Both the position numbers and the translations under genes were made by a program. The notes beneath the pieces are model-generated. The model made no database searches. It saw only the letters and a program-made list of their open reading frames with translations, and was not told the DNA's origin. DNA of 63,988 nt, filler included, from Octopus bimaculoides (Eukaryota), in NCBI RefSeq assembly GCF_001194135.2. It is 4 parts of 4 records of this genome, joined end to end, with 100 filler letters (N's around TTAATTAATTAA, not from the genome) between each part and the next. Parts side by side here need not be neighbours in the genome. Positions count along the whole stretch, not along the records: positions 1 to 24,332 come from NC_069006.1; 3 more parts are not named here. One strand, written 5' to 3'. Of the stretch, positions 12,246 through 24,332 are shown one piece after another; within the stretch, counting starts at the first letter, position 1; every line of letters starts with the position of its first letter.

Positions 12246-13845
12246 ATAGTAAAGATGAGGCACTAACTTTTAACGAGGAGGAGATCCTAACTAAAAAATT
12301 TAAAAGCCTTACTAAAATTACTCGTGCTTCTTTCAGATCTGAAAACAATCCAGATTTTTAACAAGACAAAATCTTTAAATGGTAATACTGACTCATCATA
12401 TGGAAGGATTTAGAAAATAAAACTAAGAGATAATATTTATGCCTACTTAATTGTGGATTTATCACGAGAGCAAACTATACTGCAATAGTTACCATGAGAG
12501 AAACTCTCCTCTGCTTCCCCTAGTGGTCAAGAAAGAGTCCACCATTGCCAAGACCAAACAAGGTCGAAATCACGTGATCTGGTGGTCTCAGCACTGGAGA
12601 TGGCAGGAATCTTTCTCCCCACTAGCAATGGTTCAAAGCTCAGCAGCTATAGTGGTTCCTGACCGATTTTTGGTCATGCCCCATCAAATCATTTCTAAAA
12701 TCCCAATGCCCCTTTGGTTAATGTTTACAATATTGCCTGGAAACAAAAAAAAAAAAATTGCGTAGGAAACACACACACACACACACACGTGTGCGTTTGT
12801 AATCACCTACATGTTTTCACATACCAATCAAAGGAAATAATCTTTTCCCTCTTTAGATCTTATGAAACCTGTTGTCTCTAAAATGTCAAAAGATTTTATT
12901 CCCACTTTAGAGACATCAGGCTCACAATCATGAGGTTGTGAGTTCAATTCCCAGACCAGGTTCTATGTTGTGTTCTTAAGCAAGACACTTTACTTCATGC
13001 TGCTCCAGTTCAATCATCTGTAGAAACAAGTTGCGACATCACTGGTGCCAAGCTGTATCAGCCTTTGTCTCTCTCTTGGACAATATTGGTGGCACGGAGA
13101 GGGGAGACTGTTGGTCTTCCATAAATAACCTTACCTGCACTTGTGCCTTTCTTGGTGCAATCTCATGGCCTTACATGACCACTAGTGATATAAACAGTTT
13201 GAAGAGCTTCTCTCTTGTTATCTGCTGCAGTATAGTCTGTTCCAACAGAACATTCATGTTCAAATGGGGATGATTATTAACCTTTCAGTCTTAATACTGC
13301 CTGTCACTTATATGTATTTTTTAACAAGCTCACTGGCTAATTGCAACACCAGTGCCTCATCTAGAACTGTTTTTCTATATATCACTGGCAGGGAGATGAG
13401 TCACTGTTATCTCTAGTGGTCAAGTGTTCATCATTGATCAGACCAAAGAAAGTTGAAATCATGTGATCTGGTGGTTTTGGCACTGGAGATGGCAGGGATT
13501 TATCTCCCTCTTACCAATATAAACAAGCATGCATTTTGCACCTAAAGTCAACATGACGGCTTCTCTCGTGGTATCTACTGCAGTATAAATTGTTCTAACA
13601 GAACATCCATGGTTAAATTGAGATAAATATTACCTCTGAGTATCAATACTGCTTCTGTTGCTAATAAATAAAAAAATAAAACTATCAAAAACATTTGATG
13701 TATTAATTTTTATAATAAAAATTCAACAAAATTGGTAGAACCACATTTATTTTGCAGTGTGTCATTCTTTAACTTGTTGCATAAATTAAAGAAAGGAAAT
13801 ATGGNNNNNNNNNNNNNNNNNNNNNNNNNNNNNNNNNNNNNNNNN

Positions 13846-13903
<58 letters not shown>

Positions 13904-13905
13904 TT

Positions 13906-14119
13906 TAAAGGACACAATACATGTTTTTAAGTGCGACTAATAGTGTCATATGTTGAGAAATATTTCAAACATATTCATCAGACACAAACCACATATTATA
14001 ACGAACTAAATTTTCTTAGTTCGTTATGATATGTGGTCTGTGCCTGAAGAATATGTTACAGATATTTCTCAATATATAACACTATTAGTAGCACTTAAAA
14101 ACATGTATTGTGTCCTTTA
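13906..14119. repeat. 214-bp foldback palindrome
   Basis: Arms of about 104 bp pair nearly throughout (taaaggacacaatacatg... / ...catgtattgtgtccttta) around a 6-nt spacer. Confidence 0.85.
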
Positions 14120-14726
14120 GATAAATAATGGAGTACTTTTTGGGGAGGATTTTCTATCATGGAACAGTACATTATATATATATATATATATATCTCAGTG
14201 ATTAAAGCAACTTATCTACATAAGGAAACAAACTGTTTTTTGCTATCCACTCATAATGAAATTTCTGATAGCAAAGTCACAAAAAAGTGGAACATTAACT
14301 TTTAGCACACTGCCCTGTTATTACAGGAGAGAAAACTCATACGGTAACACGATGCACCTACAGAGTGCTAAAGGTTAGCTTTATTTATTGAGGTATTGGC
14401 ATGTGTGTATATCGCTATGAATGAGTGTGTGTGTGTATAAAAAATAAAGTAAAGTAAACCCTATGGACATTACTGTCTCAAGTCCAAGGAGGGTTCATAG
14501 GGCCAGTTACCCAGTTTCTGTGGCGTACAAGTGGCTGAGACCACAACATCCACCCTGAATGTGACACCAGTGTTTTTGCTCAAGAATACACTGCACTCCC
14601 TGGTCCAGGAACTGAGGCCATGGTTTTATTTTATGAGTGCAACCATCTTAACCACTAGGCTATGCATCTCCATGTGTGTGAAGTGTATGTATGTATACAT
14701 AAATGTGTGTGTGTGTGTCTATATAT

Positions 14727-14948
14727 ATTGGGTTGTCCGGAAAGTTCGTGCTGATTTACCTTTCAACTTATTTGCCATGAAACCACCTCAATTCTGGGAA
14801 GAGGGTATTTTCAAGTTAAAGGAGAGATGGAGACACATTGTGCAACAAAATGGTTCATATTTGGTTGATTAAAAATGTAATGGCAAGTATTTATTGACCT
14901 TTTTCTTTCCTTTAAAAATCGGCATGAACTTTCTGGACAACCCAATAC
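14727..14948 (+). mobile_element. Internally deleted mariner element
   Basis: TIRs tattgggttgtccggaaagttc / gaactttctggacaacccaata. Retains the transposase C-terminus FWEEGIFKLKERWRHIVQQNGSY. Confidence 0.8.
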
Positions 14949-14960
14949 TTATATGTATGG

Positions 14961-14994
<34 letters not shown>

Positions 14995-15029
14995 TGTATA
15001 TATGTGTATGTGTATATATAGTGTATGTT

Positions 15030-15064
<35 letters not shown>

Positions 15065-15085
15065 CTGTGTGTGTGTGCATATATA

Positions 15086-15124
<39 letters not shown>

Positions 15125-16101
15125 GTGTGTATGTATGTCTAGATACAAGTGTGCTGATGGACGGGACAGGTGGGGTATAAAAATTCATTTAAAAACATCA
15201 AGGAGCTGACCAAGTGGAGGTGGGACGTGTGTTTTGTTTTGTCTTTAAAGGGCCATCCCCAAGCCCACCCCCTTGTGGGCTGCACAGGAGGTGGGTGGGT
15301 GGGGGAGCAAGGGGAAACAAAAACAATCAAAAACAAACAAAAAAATTGGGTAAGTGATGGGGGTGTGAGAAAGAAAGAACAAAAGAAATGCCAGCACCAT
15401 CCAACCTAATTGTCAGGTCTTCGTTAACTTTCAGCCAAATTATGAGATCAACCACCAGCATGGTATCAGATCAGTAATAACACAGACAAGGTGTAGTAGT
15501 AGTGGTGGTGGTGGTGGTGGTTTGGTCTACAGTGATTGCAGACTGAGAAAGAGCAGGAGTGGGGTATGGGTCTAATTTGGAAAAGGACCACAGTAAAAAC
15601 AAAACATGAAAAATGGGTCCTTCAAACATTGTATGCATCACCATCATCGTCAATACCACCACCACCACCACCACCAACCATCATGATCATCAATACCATC
15701 GCCATCATCACCACCACCATCATCATCATCATCGTCATCATCAACTAACACCATTACCAATTATCATCATCATTTCACACATGACCAGAACCTTTCCATA
15801 CAACCTTACAGATTAATTAATGTCATATTTTCTATTCTTCAATACACACACACACTTATATATACATATATATATAGAGAGAGAGGTTATGAGCGGTAAT
15901 GGTGTCAATAAGACCCAAAGGTGTCAGGTAATGCTGAGTAAGTGCTATGGACAGACCAGAGTTAAGCTCCAGGTTCGGTGATTATGCGAATGAGAAGTTC
16001 AACGTAGGTCATATATCAGCGTGTGTATATATAAAATTTTTTTTTTTCAGAATGAGATAAAAAAACCAAGGCTATGAAGATTTTAGAACATTTATAAATA
16101 G

Positions 16102-16149
16102 GTCTTACAGCTGTTTCCAGGATATTTATTATATCCCTTCATCAGAGAC
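16102..16149 (-). ncRNA. Minimal type I hammerhead ribozyme motif (inverted copy)
   Basis: Reverse complement of 16522-16569. Confidence 0.75.
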
Positions 16150-16521
16150 GGTGTGAGAAAATGGTTAAGCAATAGTTATTCTAGATAAGATATGAAATAC
16201 AGAGTGAAGTGGAGGAATGAAAATAGATGTGAGATATGCACGGATATTGNNNNNNNNNNNNNNNNNNNNNNNNNNNNNNNNNNNNNNNNNNNNNNNNNNN
16301 NNNNNNNNNNNNNNNNNNNNNNNNNNNNNNNNNNNNNNNNNNNNNNNNNNNNNNNNNNNNNNNNNNNNNNNNNNNNNNNNNNNNNNNNNNNNNNNNNNNN
16401 NNNNNNNNNNNNNNNNNNNNNNNNNNNNNNNNNNNNNNNNNNNNNNNNNNNNNNNNNNNNNNNNNNNTCTGTATTTCATATCTTATCTAGAATAACTATT
16501 GCTTAACCATTTTCTCACACC

Positions 16522-16569
16522 GTCTCTGATGAAGGGATATAATAAATATCCTGGAAACAGCTGTAAGAC
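16522..16569 (+). ncRNA. Minimal type I hammerhead ribozyme motif
   Basis: GTCT-CTGATGA-AGGGATAT..ATATCCTG-GAAA-CAGCTG-TA-AGAC. Stem I GTCT/AGAC, palindromic stem III, GUA cleavage triplet. Confidence 0.75.
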
Positions 16570-17208
16570 CTATTTATAAATGTTCTAAAATCTTCACAGC
16601 CTTGGTTTTTTATCTCATTCTGAAAAAAAATTTTTTTATATATACACACATAATATATATATATATATATATACATACACATTTATATATACACATATAT
16701 ATACACACACATATATATACATATACACATATATACACACATATATATATATATACATATACACATATATACACACATATATATATATATACATATACAC
16801 ATGTATATATACATACACACATATATATACATACATATGTATATACATATATTCATACATATATATATACACACATACACACACACATATATATCAAATA
16901 CATATTTTGGGGGGTGGGCAGGGAAGGAGAGAATTAATTTTCTTGAAAAAGAAAAAAAATTCCAAAACTTAAATTCTTAAACCTTTTCTACTTTCATTTT
17001 TCCTTCTTTTCCAGAAAAAAAAAAAATTCTTAAATTTTATTTTTAAAAAAACTCAATACTTTTCCTCTTTAAAAAGTTTTGCAATTTTGCGTTCTTTCAT
17101 TGTTTCTTTTCTTTCGTTTTTCATTTCAAGAACATTTTTTTTTATTTTAAAGTTTTGTTTTTTCAATATTTATTTTGATAAATGAATAATTACAAGGGTT
17201 AACTAACA

Positions 17209-17269
17209 TCATCGTTTCATGGGTGAAACATTGACATTTTGGTAAATTTGACGAGAATCATCAGGTTCA
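17209..17269 (-). CDS. PTPN11: PTPN11-like last coding exon with stop
   Basis: Polypyrimidine tract plus ttgcag acceptor; phase 2 matches the previous exon. (H)EPDDSRQIYQNVNVSPMKR* parallels SHP2 EDSARVYENV. Confidence 0.85.
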
Positions 17270-18734
17270 CTGCAAGGTAAAAAAAAACAAACTTTTAATA
17301 ACATCATCATCATTTAACATCTGTTTTCTATGCTGGTTTGTATTTCACAGTTTGGCAGGACCCAGCAAGCCACAAGATGGTGCTGGTCACCATTGTCAGC
17401 TTTGGCATGGTTCCTATAGCTGGATGCCCTTCCTAACACCAGCCTCTTCACATAATGTACTGGGTGCATTATTTTTCATGGCACCAGCATCATAGAAGTT
17501 ACCTTGCCATCAGCTACACTAAACAGTTTTACAAAGCACTGCATTGTTATGAATCAATTTATCATCATCATCATCATCATCATTTAAAGTCTGTTTTCTA
17601 TGCTGGTGTGGATTTCACAATCTGACAGGATTCAGTAAGCCATGGGGCTATGCTGAGCACCAATGTCGGTTTTGACATGGTCCCTGTAGCTGAATGCTCT
17701 TCCTAACACCAGCCTTTTCACATGGTGTACTGAGTGTTTTTTACATGGCACCAGCATCAAAGAAGTTACCTTGCCATCAGCTACACTAAAGAGTCTTCTA
17801 AAGCGCAGCATTGTTACAACTCAATTTGATTTATTCCTCACAAACTGTACAGGATGCTTTTTTTTGTGACACTAGTATGGGTAGGGTTGCCTTTTAGCAT
17901 GCAAAACAAAAGAAAGCTAATATAATTATCATTGTTCTTTAATGTCCATGCCCCTTGCTGACATAGGTTGTGTAGTTTGATGGGCCCAAGAACTGTATTA
18001 TACTCCAGCGTCTGCTTTGGCATGGCTTCTATGGCTTGATACCATTCCTATTTGTATATGTGTGTATATAATTGTAATTAAGGGCATCCAGAAATTTTCT
18101 CACATATATAAAGCGAAATCGTGATGGCACCTGTGCCCAGCGTCGCTTTCCTGACACTTGTGCCGGGGACACGTATAAAGACATTCGAGCGAGATCGTTG
18201 CTAGTGCCGCTAGACTGGCTCCTGTGCAGGTGGCACGTAAAATACACCATTTTGAGCGTGGCCGTTGCCAGTACCGCCTGACTGGTCTTCATGCCGGTGG
18301 CACATAAAAGCACCCACTACACTGTCAGAGTGGTTGGCGTTAGGAAGGGCATCCAGCTGCAGAAACCCTGCCAAATTAGATTGGAGGTTGGTGTAGCCAT
18401 CTGGTTCACCAGTCCTCCGTCAAATCATCCAACCCATGCTAGCATGGAATGATGATGATGATATGATGCTAAATCATCCTGCTGGTGAAGGAAAAGCCAT
18501 TGGGCAAACCCTGGGCATGTCTATATCATTATTAATTTCTGTTATCTTACTGCTTCGATTTCAACACGCGTATTACTTTGTGCTGAGATGATTTAGAATC
18601 TACTTTCAGCATAGAGGCTAGAAAATTCTTTCTATGCCCTTAATTATAATTAGAAATATAATTTCACCTTAATTGGTCTTTTTTTATATGCTGGCCACTG
18701 ATGAAATTTAAAAAAAAAAATTAATCTTTTGTTA

Positions 18735-19095
18735 TTGTATATGTGTATATGTATGTGTATAATGTTGTATGTGTATAATGTATGATGTTTGTGTATAATG
18801 TTTTATGATGTATGTGTATAATGTGTGTATAATGTATGTATGTGTATAAAGTTGTATGTGTATAAGGTTGTATAATGTATGTATAATGTATGTAGGTGTA
18901 TAATGTTGAATGACGTATGTGTATAATATGTGTATAATGTATGTATGTGTATAATGTTGTATAATGTATGTATGTGTATAACGTATGTATGTGTATAATG
19001 TATGTATGTGTATAATGTGTGTATAATGTATAATGTTGAATAATGTACATATGTGTATAATGTATAATGTATGTATAATGTATGTGTATAGTGTT
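18735..19095. repeat. Degenerate (tgtataatgtatgtatg)n minisatellite
   Basis: Direct tandem repeats starting just inside the intron after the PTPN11 tail exon. Confidence 0.8.
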
Positions 19096-19106
19096 GTAGT
19101 ACTTAC

Positions 19107-19327
19107 TGTGGTACTTCTCGGAATTTTACTGGTCGTGGTGGAGCTTGAGATAAACTCTTCCTGGGGTGGGACGATAGTGAAGCTTGAACTGGTGATGTCA
19201 TCTGTTGTGAGGGGATTCTGGTCTGCTGTGGTGGAATATTCACATTAGTCTTAGACATGGCTCTTTGAAGATCTGTGGTGCCGGCATAGCGAATGTTCGT
19301 GTATTCACGGCCATCCACTTGACTCAT
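19107..19327 (-). CDS. PTPN11: PTPN11-like C-terminal tail exon
   Basis: 221-bp exon (ttccag/GTAAGT): MSQVDGREYTNIRYAG...APPRPVKFREVP. GREYTNIRY matches the SHP2 GHEYTNIKY tail tyrosine motif. Confidence 0.9.
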
Positions 19328-19919
19328 CTGGAAGAGAAACAAATGAAATATACCCCCATATTTAATTACTTCTAATTCAAGCACAAGGTTAGGAATTTTG
19401 AGGGGAGGCACAAGGACCAATTGCATTGACTCCAGTGTTCAACTAATTTAATTGACCTACGTGGAATTTGAACTCAGAATGTGAGGATTTGAAATGCTTA
19501 CTGCTTTAATTAATTCATATATTCGAATAGTCTTTTACTTGCTTCAGTCACTGGACTATAGCCATGCTGGGGCACCACCTTGAAAGGGTCTTAGTCAAAC
19601 AAATTGACCCCCATGACTTATTTTGAAAGTCTGGTGCTTATTCTATTGGGCTTTTTTTTTTTTTAGCTAAGCTGCTACTTTACATGGATGTAAACAAACC
19701 AACACTGGATGTCAAGTGGTGCAGAATGGAAAAACAAACACATGCACAATGACACACACACACATATGATGGGCTTCCAAACAGTTTCTGTCTTCCAAAT
19801 CAACCTGGCCTGGGGTTATAAAAGAAGACACTTGTCTAAGGTGTCCTGCAGTGGGACCGAACCTGGAACCATGTGGTTGCAAAGTGAGCTTCTTAAGCGG
19901 CTACATAGCACTGTGCACA

Positions 19920-20550
19920 CATATATGAACACACACTCACATATGTATATATATATATATATATATACAAACATACACACACACGTAAACACAAACATTT
20001 ATGTACACATACATACATAAGCAAACATTTATATACACATATATACACACAAACAAACATTTATATACACAAACATACATACATACAGACAAACGCAAAC
20101 ATTTATATACACATACATACACATGTAAACAAACACAAACATGCATTTAGACAAACACACTCACAAACATTTATAGACATGAACATACACACATTAACAC
20201 ACACACACACACACAAACATTTACAGACATGAACATACACATGTTAACACACACACACACAAACATTTACATACACATACATACACACACAAACGTTTAT
20301 AAATACAAACACAAACACACACACATTTATATACACAAACATATTTACACATAAACACACACAGACAGACAGACACATGTACACATACATATACACAAAC
20401 ATTTATGTACACATAAATACATACATACACACAAACACTTTTATATACACAAACATACAACTTAGACAAAGACACAAACATTTATAGACATGAACATACA
20501 CACATTTAACACATGCACACAAACACTTATGTACACAAACAAACACACAC
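19920..20550. repeat. Complex CA-rich minisatellite (acaaacatttatatacac-type units)
   Basis: Repeated units visible in the sequence. Confidence 0.75.
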
Positions 20551-20629
20551 ACACGGTGCTTTTCTAGCACTTTGTCCAACTTTGGTGCCTGCGAAATGGT
20601 AAGCACTGAAAGAGCTGTAAAAGACAAAC

Positions 20630-20778
20630 CTGTTCTGCCAGCAACCGTTGGGAAGTATCGATATATTGTTGTACGGCAAGGTAAATAAATTTGTACTGGG
20701 CCTCAGTCTGCACAAGACCAGATCGCTGCGAACGTACCATTTGGATGGTTTTCTGAATGTCAATCTCGCAATCCAGAC
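20630..20778 (-). CDS. PTPN11: PTPN11-like exon, Q-loop
   Basis: 149-bp exon: (G)[49 protein letters not shown]. Phase 1 in, phase 0 out. Confidence 0.95.
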
Positions 20779-22099
20779 CTTTAAATAAATTAGACGAATA
20801 TTATACATTAACCCATTACCTCCCATAATTCTATTAACTGGAATTTTTTTTTATGAAACTTTGATTTCTAGCATAAAACAGCCTTAGAAACATACTGGAA
20901 TGATCAAAATAACATTTGAAAATAACATTTTAAATAGAAATAAGCGAGATATTGGGTGAAAAGTTAGCAAACCTCATTTGAATATCAGAGAAATATACCT
21001 AGCAGATATAGCAAAAAGGTTAGATATGTATAAATATTGACAGATAATTATGAAATTTGCAATTTTTAAGTGATCTCATTTGAGATCACTGGTAGGTAAT
21101 GGGTTAATGATTAATGAATCCAATGATGAGGTGTGTATACACACACACATGTATATATCTAACCATTTAATGTTCGTTTTCTATGTTGTCATGGGTTGGA
21201 CAGTCTGACAGGAACTGAGCAACCAGAGGATTGCATCCAGCTCCAGTATCTGTTTTGGCGTGGTTTCCACAGCTGGATGCCCTTCCTAATGCCAACCACT
21301 TTACAGAGTGTATTGGGTGCTTTTTTTTTATGTGGCACCAGCACTAGTGAGGCCACCAAGTAACTTGTAAGAGAAGACCCCGAGGGAGATGGCCATGTAT
21401 CAGGTGGTGACCTATTAGAGTAAGATAAAGGGATGGAAATATGTATCTGACAGTAAAGGAGATACGTGGCTCCCCCTGTTGGAAAAGGAAAGAGAAATTG
21501 AAGGAGATATGTTGGGTTATATCCTCATGTTACAGGGAGACACATCATCATCATCATCGTCGTCGTTTAACGTCCGCTTTCCATACTGGCATGGGTTGGA
21601 CGGTTTGACTGAGGACTGGCGATCCAGATGGCTGCACCAGGCTCCAATCTGATCTGGCAAAGTTTCTACAGCTGGATGCCCTTCCTAACGCTAACCACTC
21701 CAAGAGTGTAGTGGGTGCTTTTATGTGCCATCAGCACGAGGGCCAGACAGGCGGTTCTGGCAACGACCACGCTCAAAAGGTGTGTTTTAGGTGCTACCTG
21801 CACGGGAGCCAGTCCGGTAGCACTGGCAAAGACCACACTCGAATGTTGTTTTTCACGTGCCACTGGCACGTGTGCCAGTAAGGCGACGCTGGCAATGATC
21901 ATGCTCGAATGGTGCTTTTTATGTGCCACTGGCATGGGAGCCAATCCATGGTCCTCATAGAAGCCGGAAGACCAGCCCCAAGAAGGAAAACTTTACTTGT
22001 TCTTACTTTTTACCTATCCTCACTTGGTCATGATCAGTAGAATATGATTGTTTATACAAATGACCAAAATACGATTCCTCTGAAATATCTCTGGAGTAA

Positions 22100-22330
22100 T
22101 GTTACTTAAGGGGGTGCACAGTTCAGAGATCAGGGAGTTTCTCGAGGTCTGCATTGAGAGGTCACAGCTCTGTCATTGCGGGCATCTTATTAGAATGCTA
22201 CAAGAAAGTATCTCAAGATGGATTCTTCAACCGAGCCAACTGGCTGGAGACCTAGGGTTAGACCAAGGATAAGAAAGCATAACAACGGTTGCTTCTGATA
22301 GGATGGTATGGAGGGGATGCCTGAGGATTC
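22100..22330 (+). mobile_element. Degenerate RTE LINE RT C-terminal fragment
   Basis: SQLCHCGHLIRMLQESISRWIL resembles the RTE QLRWxGHxxRM motif. Confidence 0.5.
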
Positions 22331-22565
22331 TACCCCAAGAATCCTTTTAAGAATGATAAGCGAAAACGAATGGTTAAACAGTCGAGAAAATCCAAGGGGG
22401 ATAACTCCAGAAGTTAAAAGAAATACAAAATGATGTTGGTAGCAAGTTCTGGTGTTGTCTCCCTTGTTTTAGTAAAGCCTACATCAAAGAAATGATGTGT
22501 CCGAAGACGTCAATGACACAAACACTTTGAACTCATAAAAACAACAAAATTCAATGGAGGATTAC

Positions 22566-22633
22566 CGTGTCGCTTAATCTTATCAATAATCATATCAATG
22601 ACGATGAATGTTCCAGTTCGACCAATTCCAGCA
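22566..22633 (-). CDS. PTPN11: PTPN11-like exon, PTP signature motif
   Basis: 68-bp exon (ttcag/GTAAT): (S)AGIGRTGTFIVIDMIIDKIKRH(G). Completes VHCSAGIGRTG in frame with the previous exon. Confidence 0.95.
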
Positions 22634-22859
22634 CTGAAACAGAAAGAAAACTCCCCGTTATTGCATCTATTTCTTGCTGAAGTGTGTAGTGTATATTGTA
22701 TGTGTATCTAGAATGTAGCAACACACAGACGCGCACACAAAGACACACAGACGCACACTTCGAACACAATACATAGCAATCATCACACAAGTTCATGCAA
22801 TAATGCAAAATTACCAATACCATTTTAAACCTAGGAATCAAATACAAAACTAACAGGTC

Positions 22860-23390
22860 TAAATTACCAACATGTAGCTAACAAGGTCACTAAAAACTAA
22901 CCAACATGGAGCTTGCAAGGGCACTAAAAACTAACCAACATAGAGTTAACCATGGCACTAAAAACTAACCATGTAGCTAGCAAGAGTACTAAAAATTAAC
23001 CAACATGGAGCTAGCAAGGGTACTAAAGCTAACCAACATGTAGCTAGCAAGAGCACTAAAAACTAACCATGTAGCAAGCAAGAGTACTAAAAATTAACCA
23101 GCATGGAGCTAGCAAGGGCACTAAAAGCTAACCAACATATAGCTAGCAAGAGTACTAAAAACTAACCATGTAGCAAGCAAGAGTACTAAAAACTAACCAA
23201 CATGGAATTAGCAAAGGCACTAAAAGCTGATCAACATGTAGCTAGTAAGAGCACTAAAAACTAACCATGTAGCTAGCAAGAGTACTAAAAACTAACCAAC
23301 ATGGAGCTGAGAAGGGCATTAAAAACTAACCTACATGGAGTTAATCATGGCACTAAAAACTAACCAACATGTAGCAAAACAAAGTAAATC
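22860..23390. repeat. Minisatellite, 27-31-bp unit, about 17 copies
   Basis: Unit ctaaaaactaacc(aac)atg(g/t)agctagcaag(g/a)g(c/t)a. Confidence 0.9.
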
Positions 23391-23399
23391 AACATGTAC

Positions 23400-23554
23400 C
23401 TGCAGTGTACAACGAATGGCCCAGCGTCAGGTATTGATTCTTGTTGTTCATTGACCATTTGCAGGAAATTCAAAACCGTTCCTGGATCGGAAGGAACACC
23501 ATAGTCTGGCCAAATCATAAAATGGTAATGATAGATCCTCCTGGGACCTTCGAT
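23400..23554 (-). CDS. PTPN11: SHP2/PTPN11-like tyrosine phosphatase, exon with WPD loop and start of the catalytic motif
   Basis: ag/GT-bounded 155-bp exon: IEGPRRIYHYHFMIWPDYGVPSDPGTVLNFLQMVNEQQESIPDAGPFVVHC(S). Closely resembles SHP2 WPDHGVPSDPGGVL...DAGPVVVHCS. Confidence 0.95.
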
Positions 23555-23933
23555 CTGGTAAATGGAAACAAAAGAAAGATTAGTTTAAGCTGGCACCAAC
23601 CTAATTAAGTGAAACAAAATATTTTAATTACTAGATTTGCTGGCAGTTAATAATAATAATAATGATGATGATGATGATTATAATCCTTTCTACTATAAGC
23701 ACAAGGCCTGATACTTTGGGGGAGGCAGGAGGGTTGTTGACTACATTGACCCCACTACATAACAGGTACTTATTCTATTGACCTTAAATGGACGAAAGGC
23801 AAAGATAAGCCCAGTGGAATTTGAACTCAGAAACTAAAAATGGATGGAATGCTGCTAAGCACTTTGTCTGGTGTGTTTTCAATTCTTCTACCTCACCATC
23901 TTAATATTACTACTACTACTACTACTACTACTA

Positions 23934-23971
<38 letters not shown>

Positions 23972-24332
23972 ATTAATCCTTTCCTACTAAAGGTACAAGG
24001 CCTGAAATTTTGGGGAGGGGGATAGTCGATTACATTGACCCCAGTGCATCACTGGTACTTATTTCATCAACCCCCAAAAGGATGAAAAGCAGAATTGACT
24101 TCAGCAGAATTTTGAGCTCAGACCATAAAGACAGACGAAATGCCGCTAAGCATTTTGCCTGGCTAAAGGTTCTGCCAGCTCACCGCCTTAGTAACTCCTA
24201 CCACCACCACCACCACCACCACTACTAAAAATAATAATAATAATAATCGTTGTTGGTTAATGTCAGCTTTTCATGCTGGCATGGGTTGGATGGTTTGACT
24301 GAGGCCTCGTAAGCCAGGAGGCTGCACCAGGC

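Larger units (their letters stand above)
16021..16648. repeat. Inverted duplication (about 180-bp arms) flanking a gap
   Basis: 16021-16203 is the reverse complement of 16468-16648, with one substitution (tatgaaga vs tgtgaaga) and homopolymer length differences. Confidence 0.85.

Noticed and set aside
15471-15677. Alternative PTPN11 last exon
   Set aside because: Low complexity with no SHP2 similarity. 17209-17269 fits both phase and motif.
22860-23390. Regular repeat array as a possible CRISPR
   Set aside because: Eukaryotic intron; head-to-tail units with no unique spacers.
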